NCBI GenBank assembly: GCA_951406725.2 | Contig: OX597815.1 | Coordinates: 92,442,001 to 92,506,000 of the forward strand | Reading direction: 5' to 3' | DNA length: 64,000 nucleotides | Origin: Octopus vulgaris | Taxonomy: Eukaryota | Part shown: positions 24,510-37,901 of the stretch, in pieces | Layout of the letters: the number at the start of each line of letters is the position of its first letter | Numbering within the stretch: the stretch's first letter is position 1 | Made by a program: the position numbers and the translations under genes | The notes under the pieces: generated by a model | The model's database searches: none | What the model saw: the letters and a program-made list of their open reading frames with translations, nothing else | What the model was told of the DNA's origin: nothing

Positions 24510-27363
24510 AAGCCTGGAAGGGTGGGGGTAGCAGGGAACCATACCAGATAGCCAAACGGGAGGCTGGGCGACAGGTATACATAGCCAAGGGAAAAGCAGA
24601 AAAGAAGAAGTTTGCCAATGTCCAGCGACATGAGAACCAAAGAACTGAAGTATTTCTGGTTGCAAGGCAGTGTGTGAGAGAAAATTGTGATGTCGCAGGA
24701 GAGAAATGTATCCACATGGAAGATGGTGCACTTGCTTTTAATGATTCAGAAAAGAAAGAGACTTGGAGAAGCCATTATGAAAGATTGCTGAACGTGGAGA
24801 ATGAATGGGAGGAGGAGAGCCTGCCAAATGTTGATCCAGTAGAGGGACCAGCTATCTGAATAGACAGCACCCTAGTAGTTAAAGCAATTAAAGGTATGAA
24901 CCCAAGAAAAGTCCCTGACCCATCAGGAATCACCGCTGAGATGCTTAAAACATCTGGTTGTGTGGGCTATGACCTAGTCAACCGCATTGTAAACTAGCTA
25001 GTTCATGATGGAGCCATACCCAACAACTGGCATAGCAGCTCCATAGTCAACTGCTACAAGGGTAAAGGCAATCCTCAAGATAGAAATAACTACAGGGGTA
25101 TCAAACTGCTGGATCAGGTGATGAAGGTCACGGAGAGGGTCATAGCCCATCTCATCAGGGTGAGAGTCTGCTAATTGAGACGCAGTTCAGTTTTGTGCCG
25201 GTTAGAAGCACCACTGATGCCATATTCCTGGTTCGACAACTGCAGGAGAAATACCTAGCTAAAGATAAACCCCTATACTTAGCTTCTGTGGAATTGGAGA
25301 AAGCCTTTGACCGGGTCCCCCGTTCCCTTATCTGGTGGGCAATGCGGAAGCTGGAGTTTGACGAATGGTTAATAAGGGCTATACAGGACCTATACAGAGA
25401 TGTTGTTAGTAGGGTTAGTATTGGCAATGAGTATAGTGAAGAATTCCAGGTATAAGTAGGGGTCCACCAAGGTTCAGCCCTCAGTGCCCTCCTATTCATC
25501 ATAGTCCTCCAATAACAGAGGAATTCAAGACAGGCTGCCCCTGGAAGCTCCTCTAAGCTGATGACCAGGTCCTCATAGCAGAATCACAACCAGAACTAGA
25601 GAAGAAATTTCAGATGTGGAAGCAAGGTCTAAAATTGAAGGGCCTTAGAGTCAATGTCACAAAGACCAAAGTTCTAGTAAGTAGGAAGGTGAACACATCA
25701 CACACCCCTTCAGGTAGGTGGCCCTGCTCGATCTGTCAAGAAGGTGTAGGTAGAAACTCCATAAGATGTACCCAGTGTAGGAGTGGCTGTGTGGTAAATA
25801 GCTTACTTACCAACCACATGGTTCCGGGTTCAGTCCCACTGCGTGGCACCTTGGGTAAGTGTCTTCTACTATAGCCTTGGGCCAACCAAAGCCTTGTGAG
25901 TGGATTTGGTTGACAGAAACTGAAAGAAGCCCGTTGTGTATATGTATGTGTGTGTATATGTTTGTGTGTCTGTGTTTGTCCCCCCAACATCGCTTGACAA
26001 CCAATGCTGGTGTGTTTATGTCCCTGTAACTTAGCAGTTCGGCAAAAGAGACCGAGAGAATAAGTACTAGGCTTACAAAGGATAAGTTCTGGGGACGATT
26101 TGCTCGACTAAAGGAGGTGCTCCAGCATGGCTTTGGTCAAATGACAGAAACAAGTAAAAGAGTATAAGTGCAACAACATCAAAGGAAGATTAACTGGGAA
26201 GATAGCTTTCATGTGTGGCCAATGCACAGGAGCAATAGACACCATAGGTGCTCAGAAAACAGATTCCATCACATGCCAGGGGGAGAAACTAGAAGTAGTT
26301 GATAGCTTCTGCTACCTAAGTGACCAAGTCTGTAGTGGGGGGTGGATGCTCAGTGAGTGTTACCACTAAAATAAGAATAGCCTGGGCAAAGTTCAGAAAG
26401 ATTCTACCACTACTGGTGACAAAGGGCCTCTTGCTTAGAGTGAAAGGTAGATTGTATGATGCATATGTGCAAACTGCCATGCTTCACGGCAGTGAAACAT
26501 GGGCAGTGACTGCTGAAGACATGCATAGGATTGAAAGAAATGAAGCTAGCATGATCCACTGGATGTGTAATGTCAGTATGCACACACAACAGAATGTAAG
26601 CGCCCTGAGAGAAATGTTAGCCATAAAAAGCATTGGATGTGGCTTGCAAGAGAGATGTTTGCATTGGTATGGTCATGTACTGCGGATGGAAGAGGAGGGC
26701 TGTGTGAAGAAGTGCTACTCCCTAACAGTGGAAGGAATCTGGCTAGAGGGAGACCTAGGAAGACATGGGATAAGGTGGTGAAGCATGAACCTTGAACATT
26801 GGGCCTCACAGAGGCAATGACAAAAGACCGAGACCTCTGAAGGTATGCTGTGACTGAGAAGACCCAGTAAATAAAGGGAGTTCACAGCTGTAACCAAACC
26901 AGCATCACATAACCAGCCCACTCAAAAGTACCTTGGATCGCAGGGCAACATACCGTGCTTGAAGAGACCTATTGAGTCAAGTACATCAACATCAACATCA
27001 ATATCAAATCAAATTACAATCAAATAGAAATTGTTGATGTGACTCCCGTGCTAGTGGCACGTGAAAAGCACCATCTGAACATGGCTGATGCCAGTGCCAC
27101 CTTGATTGGCTTCTGTGCCGGTGGCATGTAAAAAGCACCATTTGAACATGGCTTATGCCAGCTCCCCTGGCCCCTGTGCTGGAGGCATGTAAAAAGCACC
27201 CACTACACTCTTGGAGTAGTTGGCATTATGAAGGGCATCCAGCTGTATAAATACTGCCAGATCAGATTGGGGCTTGGTGCAACCTCCTGGCTTCCCAGAC
27301 CCCAGTTGAACTGTCCAACCCATGCCAGCATGGAAAACGGATGTTAAACGATGATGATGATGA
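24510..27363 (+). mobile_element. 5'-truncated RTE-clade LINE (RT, C-terminus, 3' UTR with ~60-bp tandem units, (GAT)n tail), interrupted by a SINE
   Basis: NYRGIKLL, STTDAIF, LEKAFDRVP, GVHQGSALS, L*ADD (25551-25565), NVTKTK, FCYL, MLHGSETW, LHWYGHVLR; multiple stops and frameshifts. Confidence 0.9.
25779..26163 (+). mobile_element. SINE family B nested in the RTE LINE
   Basis: Colinear with 21286-21677; LINE reading frame resumes after it. Confidence 0.9.
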
Positions 27364-29049
27364 ATGTAATGCAGGGAGTCAGAACCACAAAGCACAAATG
27401 ACTCTGGCAGTTTGATGACCACATACACACACATGCACGCACAATGTACATTAATTACATATCTGTAACCTCCAAGCAATTACATATCTGTAACCTCCAT
27501 TTCTTCAACTCTAAGTTGCACATATTATCACCACAACCATTACCACCATTGGCGCAAAGATTAATCTTCTCAAGCTGTCCAATCTATACATATAACTTCA
27601 CCAATCTCTCCAAAAGCTGTTTTTATTAGTTATTTCTAGTATATATTATTGTCTTATCCTTTTCCTAACAATTTATCCAGTGACATACATTGTCAGAGTT
27701 AGAAAAAAATGTTTCCCTTTTCTTCTATTGTTAAGATTCTATAATTGCATTACAGAAAATTTTAGATTAGTGGTTTTAATTCATTCTCTATTTTTGTAAT
27801 TTATGTTAGGTCACTCACGTGTGCTACTAATAACATCTACACCAGTACAACTTGCTGCACGGTTGGCTTGTAGGCAACTAAACTGGCTTCCCACGCCAAG
27901 TTTATCAAAAGAATAGATTAACCCAGTGTAGAGTCAGCAGTTATCGAGCAAGCACCAGGACTTAAAAATTCCGGGTTATTGTCTGGTGTGCTGTTAAACT
28001 ATTGAGAGCGACCAGCAGTATAACTGTATGGGCAATCTATGATGTTTGTACAGCTAGTGATGGTCTGTGTTGGTTACAATTTATCTGTGTGCAAATTTGT
28101 AAAAGAGTTCATTTAATTCAATTGCCATGGGGAGTGAATAACCTGTCTTGAGCTTTCATTTTTCATCTCTCCAGAATTTTACTCTTAGTTTTGTCCTAAT
28201 TCCACTACATCTATCTAAGAGACCAATATAAGTTTTAATGCAATGTGAACAAAAAAATCTCATGTGAAATTTTTTGTTTTTATCACAAAACTATATATAA
28301 TTATCTATTACTTTAGACTTCAAATTTCATGCATTCTAGCAAGCATAATTTCATTTGACTTATACTCCTGGAAGATGAAAAAGCAGTTACCAAATGGTTA
28401 TGTGTTTACAGCTCCCTAATTAGCAGAAACATCATTATCGTCAGCTGTAAGCACAACATCCAAGAAGCTGCCTGCTCTTTCATTTTCTAGAATACTCAAA
28501 TGAAATCATGCCTGCTAAAATGTACTCATGGATTCAAAGGCATAAGTACAGGGACAAATTTGCTGAGGGAGTGCAACCCAGGTTCAAAGTGTTATCATTA
28601 CCCCACAAAAGTTTTAGGGGGTGTGCTTGTACCCTATGTTCCAAAGCCTTTGTTCAAAGGGTTAATCTCTTTTGTGTGCAAGTTGAAAAATGTGTGCGCA
28701 CACAAAACAATTGCAGTACTTGACTGATATCATATTTTATCCATCTCGAGAAAGTGAAAGGTAAAATTGACCTTGATGGAATTTGAACTCAACCAAATAG
28801 GGTCATAACTAAATATGGCATGCATTTGTCTCTTGCTCTACTATCACTGACAGTAGCGTTGAAGTTTGGGTAGTCAACAGCTATCTAGCTGTTTTACACA
28901 GTGAAGTTATATGAAAGCTGTAGGTGGTGAACATTGTAAGATAGAGTAGTATGTTCTTAGCAAATGGAGTTTATGTTTTATTGCATTCACAACACTAATT
29001 CCATCATTTCTCAAACCAGCAATGAAACTTCGGTGCAGTCGTTCATTAG

Positions 29050-29235
29050 AACAATTACTTAGTGGTTGTTAGAAACAGCAACCAAAGTTCTCTAAAATCA
29101 CAACCTACTGTCTTTAAAAAAGCATAAACACATTGGTTTATATAGTTATAGATACTCCCGAAAAAGATGAAATGACCATGACAGCTTTTGATCATAAGTT
29201 TAATCAACTAAGGCAGTCTTGAGGCTAAACAACAG
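29050..29235 (+). repeat. unclassified ~180-bp interspersed repeat; also ~32735-32930, 34915-35090, 48480-48660
   Basis: Shared TAGAAA(T/C)A(A/G)CAGC...CCTAC..TCTT...CACATT...TTTGATCATA...CTAAACAAC backbone. Confidence 0.5.
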
Positions 29236-29619
29236 CATCTCTTGCTAGAAAGCCGAGTTATTTCAAAGTTAGTGGACCGTTTGTTGTTGTTTAGTCCCAG
29301 GTTAGCTTTGATTGAGTATAGCTATAATTGAAGGCTTCTATTTTGGTCTTGTGCTACTTTCACTGAAACACTACCGACTCACTCATCTTTCCTCCTCTCG
29401 TCATCTATCTTGTGTTCAGCCTCCAGCCACCACACCAACCATTACACTCAGTCTTGCCTTGAATTTCCAATCTGTACATCATCTTCCTGCTGCTGACGAC
29501 TTATAAATATTCAAGAGCAATGTTAACTTTGTCAATCTCGCCAGTTTTTGAAAGCTTAATAAAGGCATGAGTATAGTATCTTTTCTCAGAACAAATTAAT
29601 TAAAACTGAAAAAAAAAAT

Positions 29620-31870
29620 AACCTTTCGGTATTAGTCGACGACGTCGTTCACCTTTTTAAGCCTCACTTCTTTATCTGTCATTAGGGAACATTGTGTTGG
29701 TGAATGATGCTGTTAGGCAGCTCATTAAGATTTTTCCAACCGAAAGGTGTTCAATGTATTATACACATTGAGCCCATGACTAAATTATAAGGTCTGTTGT
29801 AAGGAAATCGCACTGCGACTCTAAACGTTTCGACTGACTAGAGTATGGCAGCGTGACTGAAGCTTAGAATCTGGAGCGTATAGCTAGATACAAGCAGTTA
29901 AGACTGAATAGAATATAGCACCACGGAAGTATTAAGTCTGGACAAAGTGTGGTGTTTGGAGTGCAGGCAAAATGTAGTAAACGCGTTTAGCACCAAGTCT
30001 AGGGCACAGTTTGACAGTACTATAAGATTACATGATTTATTCTGTGGGTAAAATACGGAAAAACATTTGGAATAAATATTAATATTAAAGAGGGGAAAGC
30101 GCGAAAAAAATGAACGAAAAACTAACTAGAATCAGTTAAATACTAGAGGAAAATAACTATAATTTAAATATATATGAACAAAAGTTAATTTTAAAATTAC
30201 ATAATATGCTGCAAGAGTTGTGTAGAAATTATACGAAACGACGGCTTTCCGTATTTGCTCTACTAAAGAATCTTGTGATGCTATGACGTCAGAGAATCAT
30301 AGGACTTGTCGCCTTGTTTTATTTCGACTATACATATACTGATGTCACACTGTCTCATTTCTATATATATATTGATGTCACACTGTCTTCGTTCTCTATA
30401 GATTAATGTGATACTGTCTACCATAACCCATTGCTGTCTCCTGGTCTCTTACAAACACAGGCTTCCTGTGGCCCCGGCCTTGGGTCATTCTATTTTCTTA
30501 TCTACTCAACAGAACAGCTGCAAGTCAGCAATCTATAGTAATATCCTAGGGAAGTTTCGACATCAGATACACTCAACATTGCTTCTCTCATCATCGGACA
30601 CATTGACTGACACTTTTTCATTACTGGCAGACACTCACATCCATTCATCTCTCTGGGACCAACTTCTCTGAAGACATTGTAAGACTTTTCACATTTTATC
30701 AACGATCCCTTTCTCTTCTCTCAACTATTAGTTTGTGTGTGTGTGTGTTGTATGCGTTCTCGTTGTTGGTCTTTCTATATTGAAATATCTATATTGTCTT
30801 GAATTATGTGATTTAGTTTCCATTCTCTATGAAGATGTATCTTGTTAGTTGATTAGCTAAACAATTGTGAAATCTGTGGACATCTTGTTAAAGAAACAGC
30901 TGACTGAAAATGTGACCGCACCTGTCCAGCTTGGCTGAAACTTGTCAATAGTTTTGTTATCAATTGAACTCAGTAGCTGGACATTAGATCAGTAGTCTGG
31001 TGATGGCTATGTATGTGTATAGTATTGTGGATTGGAACCGGTCAAATTTGTCGCTGGACCCAGTCGCAGTATTAGTCCACAATGACCCTGAAACTAAACA
31101 ATGTTTCCATTATTATATTCCATGAGACAATCTTTTCACTCGGTTCTATTGCTCTTGCTGGCCTTAGAAACCGTCAGTAATTTCCCCGTAATAATTGCAC
31201 TTACATGCCTGTTTTGTTATCTCGGCCAGCACAAATGGCTTTTTAAATAAATATAAGAAAAATAGTCTGAAAATAACTGTTATAATAATTACAGTTTTAT
31301 AAATATTTTCTTCATATAAAAGTTTATTTATAATATATATATGTATATATTTGTCTAAATGTTTAGAATATCCACTTGACATTTTTGCCCCACCTCTCGT
31401 TTTTTTTATAACTGTATATAACCATGTTTATATATCTCCACACTTCCTGTAAATCTGTTTTTGTATCAATAAATAAGTGTTAGCGTCAAAGAAAGAATTT
31501 TCAGTTTTGTTGCTAATTTGACCCACTTAAGTTAATTTCAGCTGCGAAATAACACGTAATTCGTTACGTTTTATTAAACTAGCCTTCTGTTTTGTTTCAA
31601 TTTTGCGCTGGAAAGGGTATCTGTGTGTGTGAGAGAAAGATAAAATATAACATTTCTTAACCAATTAGTCTCGTTAACAACGCAGTTTTTGTAAGTATGT
31701 TTCTTACTTCTGGAAGTTTTTGTAAGTTCTAAAATTTTATGGATGTTAAGAATAATTACATTCCAGCGTTTATTGTCAATTTCTTATTGCTTCAGTTTAG
31801 CAGGGTTTAAATTAACTTCACCTCTAAATTGCAAGAGATTTGGCCGTTTCTAACGAGTCGTGATCAAACA
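29620..31870. promoter_or_regulatory. CpG-retaining region, likely BRI3 promoter
   Basis: Visibly more CpG than flanks (GTCGACGACGTCG, AACGCGT, GCGCG, CACGTAATTCGTTACG); lies directly upstream of the first BRI3 donor. Confidence 0.45.
31560..31690 (+). other. BRI3: probable non-coding first exon of BRI3 (start uncertain)
   Basis: Donor TTT|GTAAGT at 31690/31691; the ATG exon begins with an acceptor only 4 nt before ATG, so an upstream exon is needed. Confidence 0.5.
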
Positions 31871-32305
31871 CGCCTATAGTTAAAACAACCCACCTGGATG
31901 CAAACAGTTTTTATTTTGTTGTATCCATTATCTAAAGATACTTAACATACTTTAAAAACTGCACACGTCCTCCTCAAACTCCAAATGGAGTTAATTTGAA
32001 ATTAAAGAACCTATGAGGACTTTGAAATTACTTCATTGTTTAAAACTAAAATATAAAATGATTGAGGTATTAATTTTAAAGGTGAAAATGGTTTTAGGAA
32101 TTTAAAACTTTTGTAACTTACTTTTCAAGATAGAATTTTGAGCAAAAAAAAAAAAAATATCGATAGCCGAATACATTTTTAAACTAGTAGTTCTGCATGT
32201 AATTTAATTCTTACAATGTTTTTAATGTTAGAAAATGCTCCTAGTTTTTAAAAATTTTTTAATTTGGTATGTACTAACAGATTTGTTGTTATTTTTGTTA
32301 GCAAC

Positions 32306-32408
32306 ATGTCTGTCCCGTCAGCACCCAACCAACCCGCTGGGTTTATACCAACATATACAGGACCACCACCTAGCTATCAAGAGTCAGAACATTTTAAAAG
32401 TAACACTG
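32306..32408 (+). CDS. BRI3: BRI3 homolog coding exon 1 (MSVPSAPNQPAGFIPTYTGPPPSYQESEHFKSNT)
   Basis: Branch point TACTAAC 32272-32278, acceptor TTTTTGTTAG|CAAC-ATG, donor CTG|GTAAGT; phase 1 matches next exon; PPxY motif. Confidence 0.85.
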
Positions 32409-35400
32409 GTAAGTTCCTCTTGTACAATTTTAATCTTATTTTCTTTACCATAGTTAAATAATATCTCTCTCTTATTCCTTCTGGTTCTACATTTCATTGC
32501 TGTTAATTATATCGTTTTATAGCTGTCAAGGCCAACATTTTCTCTTAATTACTGAGATTCCAAAAATAAACCTACTAGTTTTTTTAGTTTTTTTTAAAGA
32601 GCTTTCATCTTTTTGCTTTGAAAGTCACAAGTTCTTATGAAAAGTAGCAATTTTAAAATGAAGCAATGAATTGAAATTTGCAAAGATGGATGCCTCTAAT
32701 GTTTCCATGATATAAACATGAACTAACTAGGGTAAGTCTCTGTAATTACTCGACTTGCCTGTAATAACAGCCATATCATCCTCGGGCTTCACTCTACTGG
32801 CTTAGAAATGGAAGCTACATTAACTAATGTAGTCCTTGATACCTGTGCCAGAATAAATGATAGGTTGCCTGTGAATGGAACACTGTTGCTAATGTTTGCT
32901 CAGTCAAAGGTAACTTGGAACTAAACAACATGCTAGAAAGGAAACACCAACTTAAAAATATTACATTATTTTAAAGAAAGCTTTGCTAATGAAAATCTCT
33001 ATCAGCATACCTATTTTGTCATTTGAGTATTTCTACTGTAACTTTTACTGACAAAATGTGATTTTGAAAAAAAAAAAAAAAAGCTATAGTTCAATGAATT
33101 TTATTCTCTCTTTGGATGGATATATATATATGGCGTTAGGAAGGGCATCCAGCTGTAGAAACACTGCCAGATCTGACTGGCCTGGTGCAGCCTTCGGGCT
33201 TGCCAGACCCCAGTTGAACCGTCCAACCCATGCTAGCATGGAAAGCGGACGTTAAACGATGATGATGATGATGATGATATATATATATATGTGCTGGTGG
33301 CATGTGTAAAAAGATTCGAGCGAGGCCGTTGCCAGTACCGCTTGACTGGCCCCCGTGCCGGTGGCAAGTAAAAAGCACACACTACACACTCGGAGTGGTT
33401 GGCGTTAGGAAGGGCATCCAGCTGTAGAAACTCTGCCAAAACAAGATTGGAGCCTGGTGCAGCCATCTGGTTCGCCAGCCCTCAGTCAAAATCATCCAAC
33501 CCATGCTAGCATGGAAAGCAGACGTTAAACGATGATGATGATGATGATATACATAATTCATGCTACCAAATTATTACTCAGTTTGAACTGTTTTTGTCCC
33601 AACAAAACTGGTTCCTCTGTGATAATACTGTTCTAATATGCATTCTTGCTCATTTACTAATGTAGAATCCTCAAATAAAGTTCAGTTATTAAAATTAGTG
33701 GAAAGCTAATAACCCACATAGTTGCTGAGCTCTACTTAATTTTAGATTGTTTAAATATTTGAGTTTCAGTTTTTAATGTTACCATGTTACTAATAATACC
33801 TTGGGAGTGGAATTTAACTGATAGAAACTAGGCAAAAGTCTTTAGTGTGCGTGTCTCTATGGCTGTGACTATGTTTACATTGAACTGAAAACTTAGCTTT
33901 GAAAAATAAAACGATAAAATAAGTACTGGAATTGATATGGTCAACTAAAACTCTCAAAACCAGTAACAGACTGGTAAAAACCAATGTTAAAGCAGTGGCT
34001 CAAAACTCATTTTTTATTTTAAATGGTTTCATATTTGATGCAGACTAAAAGCATTTTATATAAACATCAATAACAACAGTTTGTATGAGAACGGCTTGCA
34101 GTATTTGTTCCAGCTCTCTGCATTCTGGGGCCAACTTTACCTTTCGTCTTTTTGGAGTTGATAAAGTATCAGTTCTTGGACTGTTTTTTTTTTTATTTTT
34201 CTCTTCCTGGATTGCAGTTGTCATTCAAAGATCCAACCATGTTATATTGTGTCAGACTGATCCAGCTGGGAGTTGCTTTAAGAGTACATGTATCTGTTTA
34301 CATCTTAATTTCACAACTAAGAATTCAGTTGGTCAAATAACTGAATGTTCCTTGTCTAGACTGGAGAATCCACTACATATAAGACTGATGGCTTTTACAC
34401 AACAAAACATGAAGGAATTGTGAACTTCTAAATGTTTGCAGTTTGAAAAGCAGGGGCATTAATTGTAGGGTGGGATTGTGCTAGCTTGACGGACATTTCA
34501 AAATTTAACATTAGTAAATCGTGTCAAGCTTGAATATAATAATGAACGGATTGTTTGTGTGCTGGCAGACTTTGTATTCAATATTGCATCTAAACAGCTC
34601 AATGTGGTTCAGCCCTTCAACTCTCCAACTCATCCAGTGCTGAATTAAGGTTTTGAATATTGAGACTTGTAAATTGTAGTGCTGGATTACTTACAGCTAA
34701 ATAAACTGGGCTTGAAAACCTGTATCTTGAGCTTGGTTCTAGTAATAAGACTGATGGTACATTGTGATCTACTGATTAAGCCTCCGGTATGGTATGGTAT
34801 GATGACAAAAAGAACTAATTTATGAAACTATGACCAAATAATGTTTAAATGAATAATCACAAATAAAGCTATTAAAGAATAACCGCAAATAAAAAAAAAA
34901 ACTACTACAAATGTGTAAGTCTCGATACAGTCATTTGACTTGCAAGAAATAACAGCTAATTTCTCTCAAGTCCTACCTTACCAGGTGAAAAAGAAAGCAC
35001 ACATTAACTAATGTAATCTTTAATATACAAAAAAGTGGAATGACCTAGGCTGAAATGCCTTTGATCATAGATTTGCTGAATCAGGACTAGTAGTAAATTA
35101 CTTGTATGTTCTAGATTTTTTGCAACATCAAATGCAGGAAGTAGAGCTTCTGTTTATTATAACTCGTGAATATTCAGATAAAAACTAGTCTGCTACTGTG
35201 AATACATCCTGGAGATAAAACTAATTGAAACCTGTAAATGTAGATATTAATAGAGTTCGTTTCTACTGTAGATGAGGTTAATAGCCTGAGAAATGATAAC
35301 CTTGCTAACAACTCTTAGATATTTAATGCTTGTATTTATTTCAACAAAACTCCCTTGTCAATCAACTCTAACCTTTAACCTCTTATTACTATCAAAGATA

Positions 35401-35413
35401 TTCTTAATCAAAA

Positions 35414-35447
<34 letters not shown>

Positions 35448-35489
35448 CACTCACTCACTCAGAAGGGCCATTTCTACAAATCTCTTCTG

Positions 35490-37030
35490 AGGATTAACTT
35501 GACAGTGAAAGATGACAACATTCTCATCATGGCAGGAGACTTCAATGGACATATTGGAAAACACTCTGATGGATTTCAGGGTGTGCATGGTGGCTACAAC
35601 TTTGACTCCAGAAATGAGAAGGAGACAAGGCGGCTAGTAAGGTAGGATAGAGGCTAGTCACCTGCATAGTTAATCAGGTCATTCAGGAAGGTGTAATACC
35701 AAGTGGCTGGCGTAGCAGCATAATTGTTAGCTGGTGCATTAGATAAAAGCACCTATAGGGGGAACACTAACTTCAGAAAACCTGCTAACTATCTGATCAC
35801 TTATCAATATGTGGGGGCAGTGGGGACACCAACCAGATTGATTACATCCTCACCAGATATAGTTAGATATATGCTCATAAATGCAAAATCTTTCCCAGGG
35901 GAAGAATGTACAACTCGGCGTAAGCTAGTGGTTAATAACTTCAGGCTTAGGACCAGAAAGATCCAGAGACACATGCCAATATGGAAAAGGAGGCTGTGGA
36001 AGTTCAAGGATCCTTCGAACGAGTAGAGATTTAGAGATGTCCTCAATGAGGCCTATGTTGAGAAGGAGGGAGCAATAGATAAATGATATAGAGGACAACT
36101 GGATGTTCCTATGGGACAATTTATTAAGGGCAACAGACCAAATTTGTGGGTGGAGCAAAGCTTCTGCCAGACCAAGGGTGACATGGTGATGGAACAGTGA
36201 TGTGGACAGGGCCATAAAAGAGGAAAGACAGGTCTGGAAAGAGTGGAAAAGAGGTGGTAGCAAAGAATCCTATCAGAAGGCTAAAAGGGAGGTGGTAGCA
36301 AAGAGTTCTATCAGAAGGCTAGATGTCGGGCCTATCTAACTAGGGTAGAAGCTGAAAAGATGTTTGCCAATGTCCTACAGCATGAAGGTCAGAGACTTGA
36401 AGTGTTCTAGATTGCTAGACAGTGTGTCAGTGAGAATCCAGATATTGTTGGAGAGAAATATGTGCAGATGGATAATGGTATACTTGCACTTGATGTGGAT
36501 AAGAAAGTGGTGCAGAAAAGTTACTATGTGAGACTGTTGAATGTAGAGAATGGATGGAATAAAGGGAGTCTCCTTCATGTGAATCCAATAGAGGGACCAC
36601 CTATCCTAGTGGACAACAGTATGGTAGATAAGGCAACTAAAAACCTGAAAACTGGGAAAGCTCCTGGTCCCTCTGGAATCGCACCTGAGATGCTTGAGAT
36701 ATCTGGTAGGTTAGGATACAGGCTAGTCACCTGTATGTTAATCAGGTCATTCAGGAAGGTGTGATACCCAGTGACTGGCATAGCAGCATAATTGTTAGCT
36801 GCTACAAGAGTAAATAAGGGTGGTGCATTAGATAAAAGCAACTATAGAGGCATCACTCCTGAACCTGGTGATGAAAATTGCAGAGAGAATTATAGCCCAA
36901 TTAATTAGGAGCAGAATTAGGATAAATGAAATGCAGTTCAGCTTCATCTGGGAAGAATCACTTTTATATGCTATTTTCATAGGCAACTGCAAGAGAAGTT
37001 CTTAGCTAACAATAAACCATTATACTTGAC
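35490..37030 (+). mobile_element. degenerate RTE LINE (AP endonuclease to RT N-terminus) in BRI3 intron
   Basis: MAGDFNGHIG..GVHGG, NTNFRKP, RLLNVEN.W, KAPGPSGIAPEML; related to the 24510-27363 family. Confidence 0.85.
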
Positions 37031-37500
37031 ATACTGATGCAGTAAAAATGTTAAGTTTGAGACCTTAAATTTGATGTTGCAGTAATTCAACACTTTGCTA
37101 TTACAAACTATCTTTCCAAATCATATATAATGTTTGTCTGTACTATTTATTATACATTTCATAAGTGTTTCCTACCTCATTTGAGATAATGGAAAACATT
37201 TTTTATTTAGTTTTTTTTTTTTTCGAGGAAGGTCATTATGTTTCAATAATTTAAAAAATAGTTGCCAGTCCTTAGCAAAAAGAAGAAAGTTGTAAAGTTG
37301 TTTCTTGTACCCAAGTCAGTTTCAGTTACGATTGAGCTGATTGTGATGATGAAAGACATTCCATATTTGATCCTTCCATTTATATTTTGTGAGCAGGAAC
37401 TATATTGTTCAATAGGTCTTTCATCAGGAAGATCATCATTTAATGTATGTTTTTCATGTTAGCATGTGATCCAATACTGAATGTCTTTAAATATAAATAT

Positions 37501-37901
37501 AGGCGTAGGAGTTGCTGTGTGGTAAGTAGCTTGCTAACCAACCACATGGTTCTGGATTCAGTCCCACTGCGTGGCACCTTGGGCAAGTGTCTTCTATTAT
37601 AGCCTTGGGCCTACCAAAGCCTTGTGAGTGGAGTTGGTAGATGGAAACTGAAAGAAACCAGTTGTATATATGTATAAATATGTGTGTATATGTTTGTGTG
37701 TCTGCCCCCCCCCCCCCAACATCTCTTGACAACCAATGCTGGTGTGTTTATGTTCCTGTAACTTAGTTGTTCAGCAAAAGAGACCAATAGAATAAGTACT
37801 AGGCTTACAAAGAATAAGTCCTGGAGTCGATTTGCTTAACTAAAGGCCTTGCTCCAGCATGGCTGCAGTCAAATGACTGAAAGAAGTAAAAGAGTAAAGA
37901 G
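37501..37901 (+). mobile_element. SINE family B, full length
   Basis: Colinear with 21286-21677. Confidence 0.85.

Noticed and set aside
29633-29683. Minus-strand short ORF MTDKEVRLKKVNDVVD* as first coding exon of a divergent gene
   Set aside because: No compatible downstream coding exon or homology recognised
32264-32461. 65-aa single-exon ORF
   Set aside because: Read-through of BRI3 coding exon 1 into flanking intron sequence
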